Shown: one piece after another, positions 53,528 through 63,521 of the stretch
How the letters are laid out: the number at the start of each line of letters is the position of its first letter
Numbering within the stretch: the stretch's first letter is position 1
NCBI GenBank assembly: GCA_964627625.1
Contig: CAZVJB010000002.1
Coordinates: 92,197 to 156,196 of the forward strand
DNA length: 64,000 nt
Direction: 5' to 3'
Source of the DNA: an uncultured Halobacteriales archaeon
GTDB lineage: Archaea; Thermoplasmatota; E2; JACPAO01; JAHFTW01
Notes under the pieces: model-generated
The model's database searches: none
The model's input: only the letters and a program-made list of their open reading frames with translations
Told to the model about the DNA's origin: nothing
Program-made: the position numbers and the translations under genes

Positions 53528-56500
53528 TTGGTTGGCGTACGCCGACCGGTGTTCATCGTGGGAAACCCAACGCAATCGTCGCCAGCCTACACGCAATACT
53601 CGCTCGCCGTCGTCGCGGCCTTCGTGGGCGTCGCTGCCATCGCGCTTGTCCTGTCGCACAACGCCTCGGCCGGCGGGACCGGGTACCAGATTGCAACGGA
53701 TTTGACAAACGATCACACCGACAGCATGCAGAACGCCGAGCTGATTCGTCTCGGCGCGTCGTCAGACGCAACAAACATTTACTTCTGGCTCAAAGTCGGT
53801 GCCGACTCACCCACTTATGACCCAACGCCCTCCGGCCCCAAAGATTTGATGCTATCCGTGGACATGGTCACGCCAGCGAATGTGCCGCAATATGTCAGGG
53901 AAATGTATACGATCTGGGGCTCATGGTTCCAGACCTATACCGGCTTGGCAGTCGGCAGTAGCTGGGAGTACGGGAATAGTAATCAATACCAAAACACCCA
54001 AGTCAGCTGGGTCTGCAACGAAGCGAAATTCACGATTGCTCGCAACCAGTTCACGGGCAGCCCGCCAGCAGATGGCACCGTCTTCACGCGCCTGATGGCA
54101 ACGGCCCAACCAGGCTTCACAACGCCCGCCGTCGTGCTAGACACCATGGGCAGCAGGCCACCCCCCGCACCCCAACCCGCACCTCCCCCCCGGAACCGGC
54201 ACGTGGGAGGTCGGGCAGAACGGCCAGATGTGGCAGAATGCGCCCGTGATAGGCACCGCCACTGCAATCGGAGACAACATGGTCCGAATCACTTGGACTG
54301 CCACGGACAATGGGGCGCAGCCAACGACCGTGTACAGGATTTATCGCAGCGTAGCCGGCGGCGCCTTCTCGCTGTTTACGACGGTGGGCGCGGCAGCCAC
54401 GTCCTACGACGACGTGAACCTGGCCTCAGGCACCTCGTATGCGTACAAGGTCGCGGCCGTCAATTGCCCACAACTGCCCGCACAGGCGTCGGCCCCGCCA
54501 GCAGGCGAGCCCGCCTACGTGGGTGGGGAGAGCCTGCGCAGCGCCGCCGTGTCCGTCACCCCGGACTTCAATCCGATGGCCCCGACAAGTTTTGCCGTTG
54601 GTGAGCCCACAGCAACAACGCTGACACTAACGTGGACCGCAGCCAGCGCGGATTGCCCGGCCGCCACATGCACGCCAGCCGGAACTGGCGCCAGCGGAGT
54701 GCAGGGCTACGCCATGTACCGCGGCGCCAGCGGAGCCGAAACGTTCGTCGCCAACCTGCCCAGCAGCTCCGCCTGCAGCACGACGCCCTGCACCTACACG
54801 GACATCGACCTAACCCTCGGCGCGACCTACTGCTACTACCTCAAGGCCTACGACGGCTACGCTAGCGGGCCGAATACGAGTCCCGCCACATCCGAATCGT
54901 GCGGCGTTCCAGCAACTGCCCCAGCCGCCGTTACCGACACGTTCGTCGTGGACGAAGATATATTGTTCTCCAGTTCCGCTTGCGCCGCTGGCATGCCAGC
55001 CGCGACGGGCGGACCCTACAAAGGCGTCCTATGCAACGACCAGGACATGGCCAACGACGCAATCGAAGGCATCCTCATCACAAGCCCGGCCCAAACAAGT
55101 CCCGGCGGCTCATTTGCATGGGACGCGGACAACAAAGGCGGCTTTACGTACAGGGCTAAAACGGACTACTGCGGTGGCACCGGAGACAGCTTCCAGTACC
55201 AACTCAAGGACGTAACCACCAACACTCTGCTGAATACGGTCACCGTCCAACTCAACATCGCCTGCACCCCGGTTGCCGTAGCGGATCTATTTGCGGCCAC
55301 CATCAATACGGAGTTTTCGTCGCCGCCATGCCCGGCCAACACGCCCTCCGCGACAGGCGGCACCTACAAGGGTGTTCTGTGCAATGACCAAGATACCGCC
55401 AACCACGCGATTCTGGCCCTCCTGGTATCCTCTCCGGTAAACACGAGTCCTGGCGGTTCATTCGCGTGGAACGCCGACAACAAGGGCGGCTTTACGTACC
55501 AAGCCGCAACCGACTACTGCGGCGTTGCCGGAGACAGTTTCCAGTACCGATTGAAGGACGTAACCGCGAACGCCTTCCTGAATACCGTCACCGTGCAAAT
55601 CGACATCAGCTGCACCCCCAACTTGCCACCAGTTGCCGCCTGCAGCATCGTAACGGCGGCACCCTACTGGCCAGACGAAGTCGTGGCTTTCAGCTCCACG
55701 GGTTCATCTGACTCTGATGGCACAATCACTGCTTGGGCCTGGACGTTCACGGGTGGCTCGTCGCCGGACACGACCATCGCGTCCCCGACGGCCAGTTGGT
55801 CCTCGTCGGGCCCGTTCGCGGTCACGCTAACCGTGACGGACGACGACGATGCACCGAGTGCACCGGCATCATGCGGCATCACGATCACGAATACCGCCCC
55901 GACGGGGAATCCGAATGAGTACGTCGCCATCAAGGATGGCTTGTTGGACACCCTCAATCAAGGCCGTCCCAGCGTCTTGGCCAATGACGTGGATACGGAA
56001 GGCAACCTCAACGCCGTGCAGTTCCCCCTCTGCGCGCCGCTGCCTGCCGGGACGGGAACCATTGACGACTTCACGTACGTGGGGCCGCAGGCGGGCCACT
56101 TCGTCTACACTCCCCCTGCTGGCTTCGTTGGGGACACATCGTTTGGCTACAAGCCGAAGGACGCCTTGGGCCTGGTTGGCGCGTCCTGCGTCACGGTGAA
56201 TATCCACGTGCAAGTCAACCGCTCCCCCGTATCGGCGTTCTCCGCAGACCGGTCCACGACGCGGGTTGGCGAGCCCGTCGTCTTCGGTGACGCTTCCAGC
56301 GATCCCGACGAGGGCGATGCCGTCGTGGCTTGGGCCTGGAGCTTCGGCGACGGCGGATCCGGCACGACGTCGAGTCCCATCCACATCTTTGGCACCACCG
56401 GCTCCTTCCAGGCATGCTTGACGGCCACGGACACGTGGGGCAAGATTGGGCCGAAGGCCTGCCGCACCATCACCGTGATTGCGGCGACTGCAGGCACATC

Positions 56501-57308
56501 CGCACCACCCGCGCCCCCGAGCCAGCCGCCGAGCGACCCGGCCGACCCGGATGCATCCAAGCCGCCGCTCGGCGTGGACGCGGGAGCTGACCAAACCGTA
56601 ACCGAATCGGCGATCACCAAGCTGCAAGCAACCGTCACGGGCGGGTCGCAAACAGTGGCGTGGGTGCAAACGTATGGGCCGCGCGTGGACTTGACGCAAA
56701 CAGGCACGTCGGCGTCGTTCGTCGCCCCCGCTTTAACGGGATCGCGCATCGTCTTGTACTTCGAACTTCACGCCCAAGACGGCGAACGCGTCGGCGCGGA
56801 TGGCGTCATGATTGAAGTCGAATCCAATGAGCCAACGCCGGCCGCACAAGTCGCGGGCGACGCAACGGTGGCGCCTGGCGCCGTGGCCATGCTGGATGGT
56901 ACGTCATCCTCTGGCGGAAACGGCAACTCCTTGACGTACAAGTGGACGCAATGGGAAGGCCCAGCCGTCACGCTCGTCGGTGCCGACACGCCGATGGCCA
57001 CCTTCACCGCGCCCGACGAAGCGGCCACGCTGCGCTTCGCCCTGGAAGTAAGTGACGGCCACTCATCGAGCCTCGCCATCCAGACCATCGTGGTCGATGC
57101 CTCGGCGGCACTCGGCGGCGAACCGGAGCCGCTTCCATCCGCCTCCGTCCCGACCGTGGATCCCGATGGCTCGCCGGCCACGGCGACGCAGGCGCCAAGC
57201 GGATCCAACGTGGCCGCTATCGCCGCCGCGGCCGTAGTCGCGTTGCTAGGCGTCGGGGGGGCTTTCATCGGCCTGCGCCATCTCCGGGCAAGGCCGGAAC
57301 GTACCTAA
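53528..57308 (+). pseudogene. Giant (~1260 aa) surface protein (signal/TM, FN3, tandem Ig-like, PKD and VCBS-like domains, C-terminal TM anchor), split by a frameshift in a C7 homopolymer near 54185-54191
   Basis: Track ORFs 53528-54604 and 54228-57308 overlap. Upstream of 54228 the second frame reads …LPPGTGTWEVGQNGQMWQNAP… with no Met. Removing one C from the ccccccc run fuses …PQPAPPP to GTGTWEVGQ…. Downstream are FN3-like domains (…TTVYRIYRS…SYAYKVAAVN), two ~100-aa tandem repeats (GGSFAW(D/N)ADNKGGFTY…CG…GDSFQY(Q/R)LKDVT…), PKD motifs (WAWTFTGG…, WAWSFGDGGSG…), and C-terminal AAIAAAAVVALLGVGGAFIGL followed by RHLRARPERT. Confidence 0.55.
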
Positions 57309-57647
57309 CCCTCGCCGGACCGGGCCGTCCAGGAAATGACCCGCCGCTAGACCCAATCCGCCCCCGGGGGGATGCGTTATTCCGACCAACCCACCGACCG
57401 ACCACCCCCGGGGGACCCCAGCGCCGGCAGGGAATACCCCAATATTTTCTGAGAGGGCAACTAGAGGTTTTTGGCAAGAGTTACAAGCCTGAGTAGACGT
57501 GAGCGGCGTATCCCGCAGTTCGGGCTGCCTTTGGCCTTCCGAGCCAAGGGTGCTGCTCGCGGGGCGGCCAGGAATGTGACCAAAAATGCAACGCTATCTT
57601 GACCAAAGAGGGAGCAAACTAGCGGGGCGCGTACCAGTGCGATGTGA

Positions 57648-57699
57648 CGTGATTTTTCATAAACCCGCATTCGTGATTTTCTGCAAATCGTGAATCGTG
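57648..57699. promoter_or_regulatory. Three CGTGA(T/A)T repeats (57648, 57672, 57689) immediately upstream of the peptide/receptor/HTH cassette
   Basis: aCGTGATTTTTCATAAAC…tTCGTGATTTTCTGCAAATCGTGAATCGTGtcg. Related to ttCCGTGATTTCCGTGAATTCCGTGG at 32277-32302. Confidence 0.35.
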
Positions 57700-57728
57700 T
57701 CGCTTGCGCCTTGGCGCACGTGAAACCC

Positions 57729-57923
57729 ATGAAAACCACACTTGCAATCGGACTCGTACTGACCGCCACCCTCCTGATGACTGCCCCTGTTGCGTCCGCC
57801 GATGGTGACGACTTGCCCACGGTTGATAGCGTCACCGCGTGGGCAAGCACCTGCGTGGGCATCTGGCCGGGCCACTTCCCCCCGGTCTTCGTGGATGTTG
57901 GCTCCTGTCTTGATGTAACGTAG
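57729..57923 (+). CDS. Small secreted Cys-containing peptide (65 aa), hypothetical
   Basis: MKTTLAIGLVLTATLLMTAPVASA signal, then a 40-aa mature part with two Cys (…STCVGIWPGHFPPVFVDVGSCLDVT). ATG confirmed at 57729. It lies 52 nt upstream of the receptor-like gene. Confidence 0.35.
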   Translation: MKTTLAIGLVLTATLLMTAPVASADGDDLPTVDSVTAWASTCVGIWPGHFPPVFVDVGSCLDVT

Positions 57924-57974
57924 TTCCTTATCCGGAATACGCCTCCCGTCCAATCGGGCCTTGCCCTCTCTTCC

Positions 57975-59447
57975 ATGAAGCCCCTGCCCTTGCTCTTGGC
58001 CGTTCTGCTTTTCATGGCTGCAAGTGCAGCCGCCGCAAGCGATTTCACGTTCGATTCTGCCGCAGGGCACGGCCCGCTCCAATTGACACCGCAGGGTTTC
58101 GCGCTGCTGCATACGACGGCCAGCGTCGATTGGACCCTGACGGCCACTTCGATGCGAATCAAGGTCGTGGATGACCGCGAAGACAACGCCATCCCGGACC
58201 CAGCCAATCCGGACGACAGCCTGGTTTCGGTGTTCAACCGGACGACGACGTACCACGATTTCGCGGCGGCGACGCTGCATTGGGTTTCCCTTTCGAATCC
58301 GGTCTCAATCATCCAGGGTCCCGGCATCCTTGCCGAAAACGTCAGCGGTCAACTTGCCCTGACCACGGTGTCGCCAAGCAGCATCGAACAGTCGCACTAC
58401 GTTATGGCCACTCCAGTCGGTGCTCCCGAACTGCAATACGATGTGCTCGTACCCGCGTCGCTGCGAGTCAAAGCGACCGCCGTGGCGGACATCCTTGGCA
58501 ACGTCACTCTGTACTCGTGGAGCAACGACATCCAAGTGCGGCATTCCGGCGGAGCCTTCGAGCTGCGCACCGGCAAGTACACCGACATGCCGGTCACGCA
58601 AGGAAGCCTGCGATCGCGGCACTACGTGCACGCGTTTCTTGAACTGCGCACCGCCAGGGCCAACCTCGCCATTCCGGCGGCGGCCTTCTACGCCGAAGGC
58701 CTGCAAGTCGAAAGCCATGGTATCCTGCAATTCTCCAACCTGACCGGAGAACTCCCCGGCCCTACGGGTTTGGCGACGGCCACAGGGGGAATCGTGACCG
58801 CCTCGGCGGGGACGTTTGCCCTGTCACCGACTGGAACCGGCATCGGCGGCACTGTACTCATTGCACCTGAAGCCGTCGCTGGCACAACTGCGCGGCTTCC
58901 AGGCACCGCGCTTCCTGGCGGGGTATGGCTTGCGTTGAGCGGCATGCTGTTTGTTGGCGTGGTCGCCGCGCCAAGCGTCCATGGTCGCCGGGTCCGCCAA
59001 CGGGAGGCCGCCACATGGCTTGGGTTTAGGGACGACCGGGCAACAGCGTATAGCAATTGGGCCGCACGCGCCGACAACCAGGGCTGGAACCACGCCGCAG
59101 CCCTGCTGTTCTGGCGGGCTACTCGAAACAGCCCCACGAGTCCGGAGTTGCGATGCGAGTACGGCGTCCTCCTGCGGCAAAGCGGCCGTCCCAAACGGGC
59201 CTTGCGCCAGCACGTCCTCGTCGGGGAAGTCCTGGCGCGTTCGTTTGATCCAGGCTGCGGCGCCCTCAATGCCTACAGCGCTAGCCTGTGTTGCGCCGCC
59301 CTTGGGAAGGATGGGGCGGCGCTTGAGTGGCTGCAAGCCGCAATCGAGGCTGATCCGGGTTTCACTGAAACGGCCCTTAAGGAGCCCCGACTGCGACGCC
59401 TCAGAGCACACCCCGATTATCCCGCCATCGTCGGGGCCATCGCATGA
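57975..59447 (+). CDS. Type-I membrane receptor-like protein: signal peptide, ~310-aa ectodomain, one TM, cytoplasmic helical (TPR-like) domain
   Basis: Signal MKPLPLLLAVLLFMAASAAAAS. TM VWLALSGMLFVGVVAAP followed by HGRRVRQRE. Cytoplasmic …YSNWAARADNQGWNHAAALLFWRATRNSP…LQAAIEADPGF… is helical-repeat-like. Confidence 0.6.
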   Translation: MKPLPLLLAVLLFMAASAAAASDFTFDSAAGHGPLQLTPQGFALLHTTASVDWTLTATSMRIKVVDDREDNAIPDPANPDDSLVSVFNRTTTYHDFAAATLHWVSLSNPVSIIQGPGILAENVSGQLALTTVSPSSIEQSHYVMATPVGAPELQYDVLVPASLRVKATAVADILGNVTLYSWSNDIQVRHSGGAFELRTGKYTDMPVTQGSLRSRHYVHAFLELRTARANLAIPAAAFYAEGLQVESHGILQFSNLTGELPGPTGLATATGGIVTASAGTFALSPTGTGIGGTVLIAPEAVAGTTARLPGTALPGGVWLALSGMLFVGVVAAPSVHGRRVRQREAATWLGFRDDRATAYSNWAARADNQGWNHAAALLFWRATRNSPTSPELRCEYGVLLRQSGRPKRALRQHVLVGEVLARSFDPGCGALNAYSASLCCAALGKDGAALEWLQAAIEADPGFTETALKEPRLRRLRAHPDYPAIVGAIA

Positions 59448-59998
59448 CGTCGCGGTCGCGTGACGGCGATGAGGCGCGCGACTTGTTTGCAGTTCCAACC
59501 CGGCCCCGCGCCGCGCACAGAATCGTTGGCGTCGATGGCCTTACTGAAATCCAGCGGCAGGCCTATGATTTCGTCGTGCTCAATCCCGGCGTGACCATCC
59601 AGGAAACGGCCGTTCACATGCGAAGCAGCCACTCCACGGCCACGTACCACTTGTTGGCCTTGACGCGCCTCGGACTCGTGGAGGCCGTCCGGGCGGGACG
59701 CCAGCTTCGCCACTTTCCCTTGCCCCGCGGCTACTCACGTGAACTCTACCTGAAAGTCTTGAACCGCGATCCCAAGCGGGCCGCCTTGGTGCATTTCCTG
59801 CGCGACGCGCCCGTGGCGGGCATGACCATCAACCACATTGCCGGGAAAACGGGGCTCCCTTTCGGCTTCGTGAAGCGCACGCTTGAGCAATTGGAACGAA
59901 TGCACTTCGTCCATCTACGGCGACGCCACTACCGGTACCGCGTCGAGGTGACGCGCGAATTGCTTGCCGGTCGCGCCGACGACCTTTTTCCCGCGTAG
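59444..59998 (+). CDS. Tandem wHTH transcription regulator, overlapping the stop of the receptor-like gene (ATGA)
   Basis: …EIQRQAYDFVVLNPGVTIQETAVHMRSSHSTATYHLLALTRLGLVEAV… and …RAALVHFLRDAPVAGMTINHIAGKTGLPFGFVKRTLEQLERMHFVHL…. Same family as 2882-3688, 61928-62485 and the tail of 51098-53488. Confidence 0.65.
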   Translation: MTSRSRDGDEARDLFAVPTRPRAAHRIVGVDGLTEIQRQAYDFVVLNPGVTIQETAVHMRSSHSTATYHLLALTRLGLVEAVRAGRQLRHFPLPRGYSRELYLKVLNRDPKRAALVHFLRDAPVAGMTINHIAGKTGLPFGFVKRTLEQLERMHFVHLRRRHYRYRVEVTRELLAGRADDLFPA

Positions 59999-60087
59999 GT
60001 TTCATCCTATCGCATGCAAGATGCTCGCACGATTTTGCATAAGGCGCCAGGCCGAGCGGCACATGGGGCCTTGCGCGGGCACCGTGT

Positions 60088-60330
60088 TCACGTGAAGTGC
60101 CACGGCACCAAGATGCCCCCGCAGTTTTCCGTGGCAAAGCACCGCATGTCGGTGCATTCGGCACGCAGTTCCACGTATAACTCGCTCCATTCCTGCACCA
60201 AGACGCGACGTTCGCCACACAGGGTGCATTGCACGGCAATCGGCGGCTGGTCGTTTGATTCGCCAGCCTCACTTGCCGTGGTCACGGACCACGGTTTTTC
60301 CTTGACTGAAACAATGTCGTACGCCACAAT
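60088..60330 (-). CDS. Possible small zinc-ribbon protein (GTG start), very tentative
   Basis: The C-terminal ~70 aa of minus ORF 60088-60630 are protein-like (…PIAVQCTLCGERRVLVQEWSELYVELRAECTDMRCFATENCGG…). The upstream part is low-complexity. Confidence 0.2.
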   Translation of the reverse strand: MVAYDIVSVKEKPWSVTTASEAGESNDQPPIAVQCTLCGERRVLVQEWSELYVELRAECTDMRCFATENCGGILVPWHFT

Positions 60331-61053
60331 GTTAACTATCTTGTGCCGGCAATGTAAGCCGGGCTGCGGCTTTCTGAAAAACACGGACCAGCCTCCAGGA
60401 CGAAAGCCGGCCCCGCGCGGTACCCCCCACAAATTCCTGTCGCGCGGGCGTGGCCGACGTCGGATGGCATCTGCCGCTGCGAAGGACCGGTCCCCTGGGC
60501 TGATTCTGACCAGGATTCCTTCGCCTTGTTTCCTCCGTTGCGTATCCCGCCGCGCCGTTTCGTCCTGGTCGGCCGTCGTGCCGGGCCCGCCGCACTTGAC
60601 TCCTCGGGGCCCGCGTAGTCCCGCCTGCATCGTGCGTCGCGTCCACCGGCCTTATATGGAAATCTGGAGTCGGCGCCGCCAACGCTAGGCTTGGCATCGA
60701 TTCGAAGTCCCGTATCCACAAGCAATGGTTTGTGCACCAAAGAGTGATACTTAGCCCCGTATTCCTCTTAGTGCTAAACAAAATATTTTGGGTGGGGGAG
60801 GTTCGGAACAGGGCTTCGGGGGGTTCCGCTTTTTTCTTGCGGACTAGACGTAGCGGACGGCTGTGAGGCCCCACTAGTGTGGGGCCATACGGACGTACGC
60901 GAAGGTATAGGCCAGCAAGGGAAAGAGAGTGGAAACACGCGTGTGCGCGGGTTTCAGAAACTTCACAAACAAAAGGAATCTTGTTTACGCAGTCGAAGAC
61001 CACGGAATCATTGGCCAAACCAATTTCTTTCTCCAGTTGGACGGGGGTGATTC

Positions 61054-61737
61054 TCATAGTAGCCTCCTTTGGACCAGTAGTGGTTCGGGTGGCATAGGTG
61101 TTTCCACTTCCTTCCGTGGATCCGGGAAGGCCGGGTCCAGTCGGTCGGGTCGTCCGTCCCAGCGTACGGGTATGAATCGGTTGTCGATGTGTCGCAGCTG
61201 CGTCGGTTTCGACCAGCCGGGCACCCAGCAGGCCATCATGTAGCCCGCGCCGTCGGTTTGCCCGTTGGCTGTGAAGCCCGGACGAGCCGGGAGGGGGTAA
61301 GCGGCGGCGGCAGGGAAAATGCGCCAGAACCGCTCGTAACGCGTCTGACCCTCAAAGAAGTTCAACCGCAAGAGAAACGCCAGGAACCATCCAGGGTTGG
61401 CTTGGCATTTGATTCTGGTCTGGACGAGTCGCGGCGACGAGTTGCGGTAAGCTGCTGGGAGGTGTGCCATAGTCCGCCCTCCATGGCCCGCCCCCCATAC
61501 GCCGCCATCAGGAGACACGGCCCGATGGGGCGGGCTGATGGCACGGACTATTGGCATGGCTGCGCCAATGACTTGGCCATCGACGTGGCCAACGAGTTGC
61601 GGTAGTCCGTTGGCAGCCGTTATGCGGCATTTGGGCAGGTGTGCCATAGGCCGCCCTCCATGGCCCGCCCCCCATACGCCGCCATCAGGAGAAACCACTG
61701 TTGGGCGCGCAAGGGTGGCGGCCATCATTCCCACCAC
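61054..61737 (-). CDS. Hypothetical protein whose N-terminal half is encoded by an imperfect direct DNA repeat (VSPDGGVWGAGHGGR(P/T)MAHLP twice); it may instead be a non-coding repeat element
   Basis: The C-terminal half is protein-like (…NFFEGQTRYERFWRIFPAAAAYPLPARPGF…HIDNRFIPVRWDGRPDRL…). The N-terminal half coincides with the 58-bp direct repeats at 61461 and 61638. Confidence 0.3.
   Translation of the reverse strand: MVGMMAATLARPTVVSPDGGVWGAGHGGRPMAHLPKCRITAANGLPQLVGHVDGQVIGAAMPIVRAISPPHRAVSPDGGVWGAGHGGRTMAHLPAAYRNSSPRLVQTRIKCQANPGWFLAFLLRLNFFEGQTRYERFWRIFPAAAAYPLPARPGFTANGQTDGAGYMMACWVPGWSKPTQLRHIDNRFIPVRWDGRPDRLDPAFPDPRKEVETPMPPEPLLVQRRLL
61461..61695. repeat. 58-bp imperfect direct repeat, two copies 177 bp apart
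   Basis: ggtgtgccatag(t/g)ccgccctccatggcccgccccccatacgccgccatcaggaga(c/a)ac appears at 61461 and 61638, each preceded by cgagttgcggta. Confidence 0.6.
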
Positions 61738-61927
61738 CTGGCCAGCGGAACGGTCAGGGCCGCAAGAACTTCCTCGGCGAAGGCTTGCATGTAGGAGACG
61801 GGCATGTAGTGCGCCTCTTCGTGGTCCAACAAGTAGTCCGTCGCGTACATGCGCACGAGGCCGGGCTCGTGCGGGCCAGGGCCGTGCTTTGCGGCGAAGG
61901 CGTTTGCGACCAACTTCGGGTTCGGCC

Positions 61928-62485
61928 TCACGCCGATACCTCCGCGGCTAAAACGGCCGCAATCGTGGGAGCGACGTCCCGTACCGACCAGGCCGGGCGA
62001 GGCGTCACGTGGTAGACCACGCGGGGGCCGAAGGTGCGGCGCGTCACTAGGCCGACGGCCGTCAAGCGGCCCAAGGCGTGCTGGGACGATGAACGCGGCA
62101 AAGCAAGCGCATCAAGAACGGCGCTTTGGAAGACCGGCGCAAGCCGCTCCACCACACGCAGCACGCCGTACTGTTTCGGCGTCAGATTAGCCATGGCGGC
62201 CAGTCGGTTTGCAATCTCAGGCGGCGGCCGAGAACCCGCAAAGTGCAACAACCGAACGTCCTGGCGCGCCGTCCAGGCCAAGCCAAACCGCGCAAGCAGC
62301 CGGACATGATGCGCCAAGCAACCGGTCGAAATATTCGTTGCCGCCGCCAAGCGACGAAACCCCAGACCCGGCTGGGCAGCCAACGTGTCCAATATCAATT
62401 GTCGACGCGGATGTGCCGCCACGTTGCCGGCGCGGACGCGTTCCATCAGAACACCGCCCGACCCGGGCAAGCCGGATGCGGGCAA
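61928..62485 (-). CDS. Tandem wHTH transcription regulator (fourth paralogue)
   Basis: …RRQLILDTLAAQPGLGFRRLAAATNISTGCLAHHVRLLARFGLA… and …ANLTPKQYGVLRVVERLAPVFQSAVLDALALPRSSSQHALGRLTAVGLVT…. Confidence 0.6.
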   Translation of the reverse strand: MPASGLPGSGGVLMERVRAGNVAAHPRRQLILDTLAAQPGLGFRRLAAATNISTGCLAHHVRLLARFGLAWTARQDVRLLHFAGSRPPPEIANRLAAMANLTPKQYGVLRVVERLAPVFQSAVLDALALPRSSSQHALGRLTAVGLVTRRTFGPRVVYHVTPRPAWSVRDVAPTIAAVLAAEVSA

Positions 62486-62546
62486 TCACTCGTGCTCGCC
62501 GTCGGCCGGCCGCAATGCGGACAGTGGCCGTCACTTTCGGCGGGCA

Positions 62547-62906
62547 TCAAGCCACCACGGCGAGGTCCTGGGCGGCTGCTTCTAGGGCCGCGCGGGCGGC
62601 GGCCTTCACGTCGGCGCGAACCTGCGCAACGAGCGGCGCCGGCTTAATCGGCGGCCATTCGCCGGCCTCAGCTAGGTCGAGCAGGGTCCGTAGATCCTGC
62701 ACGGCGGCGGCGCCGAGTTCGATGTTGATGTAGCCCATGGCGCGGCTTTTCTTGTCCCAGCCTTTCAAGCCGAGGTAGACGCGGCCCACAAGGTCGCGGC
62801 TTACGCAGGCGGATTCGAAGCGCTGGGTTCCGGGCACCCACTTGTAGTTGCTGAAGTCCGGGGCGGTCGTAGTACTGGCGTTCGGGGTGTTGTTCGAGGG
62901 CATTGT
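62547..62906 (-). CDS. Hypothetical protein
   Basis: MPSNNTPNASTTTAPDFSNYKWVPGTQRFESACVSRDLVGRVYLGLKGWDKKSRAMGYINIELGAAAVQDLRTLLDLAEAG… has globular composition. No family was recognised. Confidence 0.35.
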   Translation of the reverse strand, partial: TMPSNNTPNASTTTAPDFSNYKWVPGTQRFESACVSRDLVGRVYLGLKGWDKKSRAMGYINIELGAAAVQDLRTLLDLAEAGEWPPIKPAPLVAQVRADVKAAARAALEAAAQDLAVVA

Positions 62907-63521
62907 AGGCCTCGAAAGCGACTCGGCCCGAGGGGACCATCTCACTGGCGTGTGCCGCAGGCGAGAAGCCTCACCATGACTGGCCGTTGCCGACTCGTGG
63001 CAGAATCCGGGAGGCCTGACTTGCCCAGACGTATCTGAAAGGGAAGTTACTGGGCATATTCAGGCCATCCACGGTTTGCCATGGGAGGCTTAGGCCGGGA
63101 ATGAGTGATGCTTCATCGCCGTAGGCACCGCCAGGGAGAATGAGTCCCCGTAGGGCCAAGCTTTGAGGCCGATTGCCCCCGACAATCACCCCACACGCCA
63201 GCACGACCGCAACGGACAAGCAACCAAGGGGTGCCAAACCCAGCGCGCAACCAGAATCCGCCGCAGGCCGCGACCATAGGACGCGTCCTCGGCGGGCTGG
63301 GACATTGCCGCGCCAATCTGTCAGCATCGACGAGAGCCAAGCCGTGCCGAACCCTGCCATTGCACCTTGCCGTGCGAATGGCTGGCCGGCGCCGGCCGGT
63401 AGGCCAGGGCGCAAGTAGTGGGCCGGAGCCGGCGCAGGTGGCCGGCTCCGCTCGACAACCCACACCAACTCTTCTCGTCGGCGGGGGTGCAGGGGGAAGC
63501 CGCCCCCTGCCGGATACGCCG

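Noticed and set aside
15464-57308. PGF-CTERM / archaeosortase sorting signal on the large surface proteins
   Set aside because: The layout (S/T-rich linker, TM, basic tail) is similar, but no conserved PGF (or PEF/PIP) tripeptide precedes the TM in any of the eight proteins. They are described only as C-terminal TM anchors.
57461-58327. 288-aa minus ORF
   Set aside because: It is antisense to the receptor-like gene 57975-59447 and to the small peptide gene, and is low-complexity.
60014-60688. 224-aa plus ORF and 60088-60630 minus ORF
   Set aside because: Both are mostly low-complexity Arg/Pro/Ser. Only the last ~70 aa of the minus ORF look protein-like, and that part is kept as a 0.2-confidence feature.
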